Below are positions 38,434 to 45,665 of a DNA stretch of 64,000 nt, one piece after another (positions within the stretch are counted from its first letter, which is position 1; each line of letters begins with the position of its first letter). The DNA comes from Candidatus Limnocylindrales bacterium (GTDB lineage Bacteria > Verrucomicrobiota > Verrucomicrobiia > Limisphaerales > UBA11358), in NCBI GenBank assembly GCA_035604955.1, contig DATNHM010000034.1:10889-74888 (forward strand). The letters run 5' to 3'. The notes beneath the pieces are model-generated. The model saw only the letters and a program-made list of their open reading frames with translations, was not told the DNA's origin and did no database searches. A program made the translations under genes and the position numbers.

Positions 38434-38439
38434 TGACTC

Positions 38440-38823
38440 ATGCGAGTTACCAATGCCCCCGCTTCCCGTAAACGACGCACCCGGATGATCCGCGCCGCCA
38501 AAGGCTTCCGGATGCGCCGCTCAAAACTTTACCGCTACGCGTCCGATGCCGTGGACCATGGCCGCCAGTACGCCTATCGCGACCGCCGTCGAAAAAAGCG
38601 CTTGTTCCGTTACCTCTGGCAGGTGCGCATCAACGCCGCCGCCCGGGCTGCCGGCCTCACTTACAGCCGCCTGATCGAAGGGCTGAAGGCCGCCAAATGC
38701 GCGCTTGACCGCAAAGTCATCGCCGACCTCGCCGCGACCGACGCCGCCGCTTTTAACGAACTGGCCAATGTCGCCAAAAATGCGCTCAAGGCCAAACCCG
38801 GCGCGACGCTGATCAAGGCATAG
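38440..38823 (+). CDS. rplT: 50S ribosomal protein L20
   Basis: MRVTNAPASRKRRTRMIRAAKGFRMRRSKLYRYA...YAYRDRRRKKR...WQVRINAAAR. Confidence 0.93.
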   Translation: MRVTNAPASRKRRTRMIRAAKGFRMRRSKLYRYASDAVDHGRQYAYRDRRRKKRLFRYLWQVRINAAARAAGLTYSRLIEGLKAAKCALDRKVIADLAATDAAAFNELANVAKNALKAKPGATLIKA

Positions 38824-38848
38824 CTAAAATCTCGATTTGAACTCAAAC

Positions 38849-38882
38849 GGGCGGCCGGGAAGGACCGCTCGTTTTGCTTTTG
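38849..38882 (+). terminator. intrinsic terminator after rplT
   Basis: GGGCGGCC-gggaa-GGACCGCTC stem followed by GTTTTGCTTTTG. Confidence 0.55.
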
Positions 38883-38886
38883 TAAC

Positions 38887-38967
38887 GCAGATTGGCAATC
38901 TGCGAATTGTGGGAACCACAAGAGTCTGCCGACTGCCAGTCGGCGAAACAGCAGGTTGTCAACCTGC
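38887..38967. repeat. cluster of four short perfect hairpins (family C, GCAGATTG-CAATCTGC type)
   Basis: GCAGATTG-g-CAATCTGC (38887-38903), TTGTGG-gaa-CCACAA (38908-38922), GCCGACTG-cc-AGTCGGC (38928-38945) and GCAGGTTG-t-CAACCTGC-GCTAC (38951-38972). Confidence 0.65.
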
Positions 38968-39034
38968 GCTACGAGCAACGGGATTTTTCTTTGTGTCTTT
39001 TGTGCCTTTTTGTGGCTAAACTTTTGGAAACTTT

Positions 39035-40096
39035 ATGGCCGGACTCCTCGACGAAATTGAGCCTCTGAAGCAGGCTGCGCTGGCCGAATTGAAATCCGCC
39101 GCCGATCTTGCCGCGCTTGAACAAAGCAAAGGCGCATGGATCGGACCGCACGGGAAGTTCACTGCGCTCATGAAACAGCTCGGCACGCTGTCGAAGGAGG
39201 AAAAACCCGCCGCCGGCAAGGCCATCAACGCCGCCAAGGTCGAACTTGAAGCCGCGCTGGCTTCTCGCCGTGAAGAATTGGAATTGAAAGCCGCGCTGCC
39301 CAGGGAACCGACCGATTTCAGCGCACCCGGTCGCCGCCGTGCCCTCGGCAAGTTGCATCCGCTCACGCAAGTGACCGAGGATATTGTCCGCAGCTTCCGC
39401 AAAATCGGGTTCGTCGTCGCCGACGGCCCCGAAATCGAGGACGAATATCATTGCTTTGACGCGCTCAACACGCCTGCCGACCATCCCGCCCGCGACACGC
39501 AGGACACGTTCTATCTTGCAAACGGCGCAGCGAATGTTTCTCCCTCTCCTGGGGGAGAGGGCCGGGGTGAGGGCGGTCGTCAACCACTGTTGCTCCGCAC
39601 TCACACTTCGTCCGTCCAAATCCGCGTGATGGAAAAGCAACCGCCGCCCATCCGCATTATCGTGCCGGGCCGCGTCTATCGTCGCGACAACGCCGACGCC
39701 ACGCACAATCCGACGTTCCAGCAAATCGAAGGACTCTATGTGGACAAAAACGTCACCGTCAGCGACCTCAAGGGCACGGTGGAATTTGTTTTCAAGGAAC
39801 TGCTCGGCGAGGAAACCAAGATCCGGTTCCGCCCCCATTATTTCAGTTACACCGAGCCGAGCTTTGAGATTGATTTCAGCAACGCCCTCGTGAAAAGACT
39901 GGGCAAGGACTGGCTGGAAATCGCCGGGTGCGGCATGGTGCATCCGGAGGTGTTCGAGAACGTTGGTTACGACCCGGAAATCTGGACCGGCTGGGCCTTC
40001 GGCTTCGGCATCGAACGCATCGCCATGATCCGCTACGGCATCAACGACATCCGCCTTTTTTACGAGAATGACGTGAGGTTTTTGAAACAATTTTAA
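39035..40096 (+). CDS. pheS: phenylalanine--tRNA ligase alpha subunit
   Basis: HPARDTQDTFY, LLRTHTSSVQIR, class II motifs (FRPHYFSYTEPSFEID, GCGMVHPEV, AFGFGIERIAM). It carries the repeat insertion at 39539-39576. Confidence 0.93.
   Translation: MAGLLDEIEPLKQAALAELKSAADLAALEQSKGAWIGPHGKFTALMKQLGTLSKEEKPAAGKAINAAKVELEAALASRREELELKAALPREPTDFSAPGRRRALGKLHPLTQVTEDIVRSFRKIGFVVADGPEIEDEYHCFDALNTPADHPARDTQDTFYLANGAANVSPSPGGEGRGEGGRQPLLLRTHTSSVQIRVMEKQPPPIRIIVPGRVYRRDNADATHNPTFQQIEGLYVDKNVTVSDLKGTVEFVFKELLGEETKIRFRPHYFSYTEPSFEIDFSNALVKRLGKDWLEIAGCGMVHPEVFENVGYDPEIWTGWAFGFGIERIAMIRYGINDIRLFYENDVRFLKQF
39539..39576. repeat. family A palindromic micro-element inserted in frame in pheS
   Basis: tCCCTCTCC-tggg-GGAGAGGG-CCGGGGTGAGGGCgg is translated as SPSPGGEGRGEGG. 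It lies between the conserved DTFY and LLRTHTS motifs. Confidence 0.7.
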
Positions 40097-40127
40097 TTCG
40101 GTAGGGCGAGCGTCCCCGCGAGCCGAA
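40097..40127. repeat. family B half-element (GGTAGGGCGAGCGTCCCCGCGAGCC) between pheS and carbonic anhydrase gene
   Basis: ttcGGTAGGGCGAGCGTCCCCGCGAGCCGAA shares the GGTAGGG head with 20390 and 42764. Confidence 0.4.
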
Positions 40128-40136
40128 ACCAAACAT

Positions 40137-40904
40137 ATGAAAAATTCATTGAACTGCTTCTCCTGGCTCGCCGTTCTGGCCGTTGCCTTGTCCATCGCGG
40201 CCGGCTGCCAGTCTTCCAGGAACACCTGTTGCTCAAGTTGTTCGATAACGGCGGCGACCTGTTCCATGCCGGCGCTGGCCTCACCTCCCACGAAGGCGTC
40301 GCAGGTGGCCATGACGCCGCAGCAGGCGCTGACAGAATTGAAGGCAGGCAACGCCAGGTTTGTGGCCGGCCACCCGCTGAAGCGCAATCTGCCGGCGGAC
40401 GTCAAGGCCACCGCTTCCGGCCAGTATCCCTTTGCCGTGGTGTTGACTTGCATTGACTCGCGCCAGCCAATTGAAATCGTCCTCGACCAGGGTATCGGCG
40501 ACATTTTCAGCGCGCGCGTCGCCGGCAACGTGCTGAACGACGACGTCCTGGGCAGCATGGAATTCGCCTGCAAGGTTTCAGGTGCGAAACTGATTGCGGT
40601 CATCGGCCATTCCAATTGTGGTGCCATCAAGGGTGCCATTGATGATGTCCAACTCGGCAACCTCACCGGCCTGCTCGCCAAAATCAAACCCGCGATGGAC
40701 GCGGTTCCTGCCGACGTCCAGCCGCGTACTTCCAAAAATTATAAATTCGTGGATGAAGTTTCCGAAGCCAACGTGCGTCTGGTCATGCAACAGATTCGCG
40801 ACCGCAGTCCCATCCTGCGAGAAATGATCGATAACGGTCAAATCGCACTGGTCGGCGGCATGTATGACCTTTCCACCGGTGAAGTGCGTTTCTTCGAGAA
40901 ATAG
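40137..40904 (+). CDS. beta-class carbonic anhydrase, lipoprotein
   Basis: Lipobox LSIAAGC. Zn ligand motifs are CIDSR and HSNCGA, and LKAGNARFVAG is typical of beta-CA. Confidence 0.88.
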   Translation: MKNSLNCFSWLAVLAVALSIAAGCQSSRNTCCSSCSITAATCSMPALASPPTKASQVAMTPQQALTELKAGNARFVAGHPLKRNLPADVKATASGQYPFAVVLTCIDSRQPIEIVLDQGIGDIFSARVAGNVLNDDVLGSMEFACKVSGAKLIAVIGHSNCGAIKGAIDDVQLGNLTGLLAKIKPAMDAVPADVQPRTSKNYKFVDEVSEANVRLVMQQIRDRSPILREMIDNGQIALVGGMYDLSTGEVRFFEK

Positions 40905-40912
40905 TTTTATCA

Positions 40913-43456
40913 ATGAAAGTCACCTTTAACTGGCTTAAACAGTACGTCGATTTTGACTTGTCGCCCGAGGAATTGACCGAGCGGCTCACCATGCTCGGCC
41001 TCGAAGCCGAGAGCGTCCACAAGATCGGCGGCAAATTCGAAGGCATCGTCATCGCTCAAATCCTCACCAAGGACAAGGTTCCTTCCTCGGACAAATTGAC
41101 GGTCTGCAAGGTCAACGACGGCAAGGGCGAGCGCATTATCATTTGTGGCGCGCAGAACCACAACGTCGGCGACAAAGTCCCGCTGATCCTGCCAAACTTC
41201 GCGCTGCCGCTGAAACCCGGCGAAAAGGAGCCGTTCGTCATCAAGGAACGGAAAGTCTTCGGCATCACCAGCCACGGCATGATGTGTTCGCCGCAGGAAC
41301 TTGGTCTGCCGGACAAGGTGGACGGTCTGCTCATCCTGCCCCAGGACGCGCCGATTGGAAAATCGTTCGCCGAATACCTCGGCCGTGCCGGAGGCGACGT
41401 GGTTTACGATTTGGAAATCACGCCGAACCGGCCGGATTGGAACAGCGTCATTGGCATCGCCCGCGAAATCGCAGCCGTGACGGGGAATAAGCTGAAAATG
41501 CCGGATGTTTCGGAGGGCGGAGCTCTGCGACGCCCTGACTCAACGGAGAAATCAGGGGCTCATGGAACTCGCCCCTCCGAAAATGTCAGTGACCTTGTGT
41601 CGGTGAGAATTGAAGATGCTGAGCTTTGCCCGCGTTACACGGCGCGCGTTGTAAAGGGTTTGAAGATTGGTCCCAGCCCGAATTGGCTCCGGACCACCCT
41701 GGAGAAGGTGGGAATTCGGAGCATCAACAACGTCGTGGACGTGACGAATTACGTCATGTTGGAAATAGGCCAGCCGCTCCACGCGTTTGACTATCATCTC
41801 ATCGCCAAAGGCAAGGATGGCAAACCAACTATCGTCGTCCGCCGCGCGAGCGAAAAAGAAAAATTCAAAACGCTGGACAATGTTGAGCGCACGCTGACGG
41901 ACGAAATGCTGCTGATTGCCGACGAGCAAAAAGGCATCGCGCTGGCTGGTGTCATGGGGGGGCAGAACACAGAAATCAACGAAAAGACCGTGGATGTGCT
42001 CATCGAGAGTGCCTGTTTCTCGCCGACGAACATCCGGCGCACCAGCAAAGCGCTTGGTCTGCGCAGCGAATCGTCCTATCGCTTCGAACGCGGCGCGGAC
42101 ATCGGCATTTCCGATTGGGCGAGCCAGCGTTGCGTGCAACTGATTCTCGAAACCGCCGGCGGCCAGCTTGCGGAAGGCGTCGTGGATGCGTATCCGAAAC
42201 CGGCCGAACCGAAGCAGGTGACTTTGCGCCATCACAAGGTCAATGAATTGCTCGGCATCGAATTGAAGCCGGAAGAGTGTGAATTTTATCTCGGACAACT
42301 CGGGCTGAAAATGGTCAATCGCAAGGCGCGGCCCGTTGGTGAGGGTGGTCCGCCGGAGCCGGCCACATTCCAGATTCCCACCTTCCGCGTGGATCTCAAA
42401 CGCGAGGTGGATTTGATTGAGGAAATCGCCCGATTGCACGGCGTCGAAAAGATTCCCGCCACGCCGCCGCGCGGCGCGATTGGCGCGAATGAATTTGATT
42501 CCGTTCACGACCAGATTGATGAAGCCCGCCGGATTTTGAGCGGTCTGGGATTGTACGAGGCGCAGGGACAGACGCTGATTGCGAAGTCAGAGGTCAGAAG
42601 TCAGAAGTCAGAAGAAATCCTGGCGCTGGCGAATCCTTTGAGCAGCGACATGGATGTGTTGCGACCGAGTTTGTTACCGGGGTTGATTCATTCATTGCGC
42701 CACAACGTCAGCCGGAAGAACTACGACGTGGCGCTGTTTGAGATTGGAAGGGTGTTTGCGCAAGGTAGGGACGCATCGCCGAAGCGTCCGGACAGCGCAG
42801 CGCGCTGTCCCCACCAGGAAGAACGCCGTGTGGCTATTGCGCTCACCGGTCAACGCGCCCTGCCCTTCTGGAGCGGTGACGAACGCGACGCCAGATTTGA
42901 TGCTTTTGATTTGAAAGGCGTCGTCGAGGAATTCCTGGAACAATTCGGCGTCCGCGGCGTGTCGTTCGGCAAAAGCACTGAAAGCACGGCGTTATTTCTC
43001 GAATCCGCGACAATCGCACTCGGCGGCAAGCTACCACTCGGGGACATGGGCCAACTCTCGCCGGTCCTGGCCAAAAGGTACGATTTGCGGGACGCAGTTT
43101 TTCTCGCGGAGTTGAGTCTCGATCAACTGTTGGCACGAAGAAATCCGGTGAAGTCGTTCAAGCTGTTGCCGCAATTTCCAGCGATTCGCCGCGACGTGGC
43201 GATGATTGTGCCGGAAACGACAACGCACGACGCCGTGCTGCAAACCGTCAAACAAGCCAGGCCGGCGAATCTTGAAGGCGTCGAATTGTTCGACGTTTTT
43301 CACGGGAAAAATGTTCCGGAAGGGCAAAAAAGCCTGGCTTACGCCTTCACCTATCGTTCACCGGAAAAAACTTTGACCGATGCCGAAGTCAACGCGGCGC
43401 ACTCGAAAGTTGTGGCAGCCTTCAAAACGCAATTGAAGGCAACGGTACGTGAGTAA
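40913..43456 (+). CDS. pheT: phenylalanine--tRNA ligase beta subunit
   Basis: MKVTFNWLKQYVD start, with tRNA-binding, B3/4, B5, FDX-ACB and C-terminal domains recognisable. It contains three repeat insertions (41512-41578, 42586-42613, 42764-42815). Confidence 0.93.
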   Translation: MKVTFNWLKQYVDFDLSPEELTERLTMLGLEAESVHKIGGKFEGIVIAQILTKDKVPSSDKLTVCKVNDGKGERIIICGAQNHNVGDKVPLILPNFALPLKPGEKEPFVIKERKVFGITSHGMMCSPQELGLPDKVDGLLILPQDAPIGKSFAEYLGRAGGDVVYDLEITPNRPDWNSVIGIAREIAAVTGNKLKMPDVSEGGALRRPDSTEKSGAHGTRPSENVSDLVSVRIEDAELCPRYTARVVKGLKIGPSPNWLRTTLEKVGIRSINNVVDVTNYVMLEIGQPLHAFDYHLIAKGKDGKPTIVVRRASEKEKFKTLDNVERTLTDEMLLIADEQKGIALAGVMGGQNTEINEKTVDVLIESACFSPTNIRRTSKALGLRSESSYRFERGADIGISDWASQRCVQLILETAGGQLAEGVVDAYPKPAEPKQVTLRHHKVNELLGIELKPEECEFYLGQLGLKMVNRKARPVGEGGPPEPATFQIPTFRVDLKREVDLIEEIARLHGVEKIPATPPRGAIGANEFDSVHDQIDEARRILSGLGLYEAQGQTLIAKSEVRSQKSEEILALANPLSSDMDVLRPSLLPGLIHSLRHNVSRKNYDVALFEIGRVFAQGRDASPKRPDSAARCPHQEERRVAIALTGQRALPFWSGDERDARFDAFDLKGVVEEFLEQFGVRGVSFGKSTESTALFLESATIALGGKLPLGDMGQLSPVLAKRYDLRDAVFLAELSLDQLLARRNPVKSFKLLPQFPAIRRDVAMIVPETTTHDAVLQTVKQARPANLEGVELFDVFHGKNVPEGQKSLAYAFTYRSPEKTLTDAEVNAAHSKVVAAFKTQLKATVRE
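41512..41578. repeat. nested palindromic element inserted in frame in pheT
   Basis: GGAGGGCG ... CCCTGA-ctcaacggagaaa-TCAGGG ... CGCCCCTCC is translated as EGGALRRPDSTEKSGAHGTRPS. Confidence 0.6.
42586..42613. repeat. tandem heptamer array GTCAGA(G/A) x4 inside pheT
   Basis: gtcagag gtcagaa gtcagaa gtcagaa is translated as (K)SEVRSQKSEE. Confidence 0.65.
42764..42815. repeat. family B (GGTAGGG...CCCCACC) double-hairpin element inserted in frame in pheT
   Basis: GGTAGGGACGC-atcgccgaa-GCGTCC and GGACAGCGC-agc-GCGCTGTCC-CCACC are translated as GRDASPKRPDSAARCPHQ. Confidence 0.7.
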
Positions 43457-43515
43457 GTGGCGGGTGACGCGTGACGGGACAATCACGGCACTTGTCAACC
43501 GCCACATTCATCGCA

Positions 43516-45660
43516 TCACATCCATTGCTTCAGATTTTCCCAGCGTACCGACCATTTGCCGTCTTTCGGAAATCCAGGCTCGGACCCATTCGGGCCGCCA
43601 GTCCAACCGGCGCACATCATGGCGGTGGCAGCAAGCAATCCGCCGTTGCCCGGCAAATAGGCCGGCAAATCGGCGCGCTGATAGTTGTGGCCGTTGGATA
43701 AATAACGGTTTTTCGGTGCGTCGAGCAGGAGAAAATCGAGCGCCAGTTCGGGTTGGCCGGTGCGCGTGGCGGCCATCGCGGCCATCGGAAAATCCCAGCC
43801 CCAGGAACGATCCCACTGCCAGGTTTCCCGGACGCGTTGTACTGTACGGCGCATGGTGTCGGCGTCCACTCCATCGCCGGGCTGCATGCCCAGTGTTCCG
43901 AGCAACGCCGGGTGTTCCCAATTCCATTTTGTGTAGGTGTCGGTCATGCCTTCCTGCATCAAATAAACGCCGTCTTGAACCGGCAACGGCGAAAGATTCT
44001 TCAGGACCTGGTCCCAACGCGTTTCGCGCGCCAACCCCAGCCGCTCGCGCCAGCTTTGTGCCACGCGCAGGCCAAACCGCCAGTAAGCCAATTCAAACGT
44101 CGGGTTGGCGGTCGTCAGCGCGTCAGTGTTTTCTGAAACCGTTTTCAAAGGCGGGCCGAGAACGAATTGGTTTTGTTTTTGAACGAACTCGGCGTAGGAA
44201 GCCATGAATTCCGCCGATTCAAAAACAATTTCCCGCCAGCGGGCCAGAGTTTGTTTATCCGGTCGCTGACGGTAGGAAAGTTCGGCGTAGTAAATCGGGT
44301 GTGGTTGCTGCCAGATGAGCAACGGGCCGATGGACGAGGGCGAATCGTGTCCGTCCGGGCCAATCATTTTCGGCCAGCGCGCGCCGCGATAGCCCTGGCG
44401 CCGGGCGGTGTCGCGCGCCAGCGGCAGGATGCGCTCGTATATCGCCAGGCTCTGTTCAAACAACTTGAAACGGTTCCACGCGGTGAAATGGACGCTGTGC
44501 CACCAGTGCATTTCCAGGTGGAATTTTCCAAACCAGCTGTTGCACAAGAGCCCGGTTTCTGCCGACGGCAACGCGCCGGTGCAGTGCAACGCCGTGTTGT
44601 AGAGCGAAAGCACAATACGCCGTTCCAGTTCAGGCGCGCGCGGGTCGGTGCTGCCGCTCAAGTCAATCGCACCGCCACCATTCCAGAATTGGCGCCAATG
44701 TTTTTCGGCGGCGGATTGGGTTTGGGCGACGCCAGGCAGTTTTTCGGGAAATGGCTTCGGCGAAAAGTGGCAGGCGAATTCAAGCGTATGGCCGTTTTTT
44801 ATGCCCAGCAGAAATTCGTGTTCCCCGCGCCGTGCCAGCTCGGCATCGTCGTTCCATTGCAGACGGACGGTGTATTCGGTGGCATCCAGATTACGCGCAA
44901 AATCGGCGCAGTTTTTTGCGGGGCGCGAAAGTGTCGTCGTATGACGCTCCGGGTGACCCCAGTCGGCCATGCTCATGGCCGGCGAGGCGCAGGGAAACGC
45001 AAGGCGCACCAGCAACCGGCCATCCGCCAGCAGTGGCGATTCGATATGTGCTGCAATCAAATCCAATTCGGGATGGCAACAGGTTTGGACCTGAACCGGC
45101 CGGCCTTCAAATTCAAAATAACTTTCCAGCAAGCCGTTCCATAGGTCGAGTGTCTGATGGATGTTTTTCAAATCACCGGGCACTGCCGGCGAGCCATCCG
45201 ATTTCTTCAATGCAAATCCGATTTGGCCCAGATGAAAGCGGTGCGGATTTTCCCGCAGCCAGTTGAACAGCAGTTCCTGTCCCGTCGAATCCGTCGCGTA
45301 ACCGACAGGCCGGCCATAAGTATCGAAGTCCTGGTACCGAAATTTTTTCGGGGCAAGCCCGGCGGACAATGGCGTGCTGTGCCAGGCCCAATGCGACGTG
45401 GTGCAGAGTGGAAATTGTTTCTCGCATTCGGCCGAAAAGGTCTGCAACCCGGTCACGTCGGCGGTGAAGGCGAATTCGCCGTTGCCTACAGTTAATGCGG
45501 CAAAGGGATCGAATTGTGTCGCGAGCGGATTATGCCGGCGGATCAATGCACGCCGGTCAATCTGGCCGGACCAATCTCCCCACGCCGGCAGCAGGCCGGC
45601 GGCAAGCGTGAAACCCGCAGCACTTGTGGTCTGGAGGAACTGTCTGCGGTTGATCCGCAT
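43516..45660 (-). CDS. Tat-signal secreted protein, probable (alpha/alpha)6-barrel glycoside hydrolase-like enzyme
   Basis: It has the twin-arginine motif MRINRRQFLQTTSAAGF. I recognised a helix-rich C-terminal two-thirds with a GH-like pattern (ELERRIVLSLYNTALH, WFGKFHLEMHWWH, LLIWQQPHPIYY). The family is not assigned. Confidence 0.55.
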   Translation of the reverse strand: MRINRRQFLQTTSAAGFTLAAGLLPAWGDWSGQIDRRALIRRHNPLATQFDPFAALTVGNGEFAFTADVTGLQTFSAECEKQFPLCTTSHWAWHSTPLSAGLAPKKFRYQDFDTYGRPVGYATDSTGQELLFNWLRENPHRFHLGQIGFALKKSDGSPAVPGDLKNIHQTLDLWNGLLESYFEFEGRPVQVQTCCHPELDLIAAHIESPLLADGRLLVRLAFPCASPAMSMADWGHPERHTTTLSRPAKNCADFARNLDATEYTVRLQWNDDAELARRGEHEFLLGIKNGHTLEFACHFSPKPFPEKLPGVAQTQSAAEKHWRQFWNGGGAIDLSGSTDPRAPELERRIVLSLYNTALHCTGALPSAETGLLCNSWFGKFHLEMHWWHSVHFTAWNRFKLFEQSLAIYERILPLARDTARRQGYRGARWPKMIGPDGHDSPSSIGPLLIWQQPHPIYYAELSYRQRPDKQTLARWREIVFESAEFMASYAEFVQKQNQFVLGPPLKTVSENTDALTTANPTFELAYWRFGLRVAQSWRERLGLARETRWDQVLKNLSPLPVQDGVYLMQEGMTDTYTKWNWEHPALLGTLGMQPGDGVDADTMRRTVQRVRETWQWDRSWGWDFPMAAMAATRTGQPELALDFLLLDAPKNRYLSNGHNYQRADLPAYLPGNGGLLAATAMMCAGWTGGPNGSEPGFPKDGKWSVRWENLKQWM

Positions 45661-45665
45661 TTATC

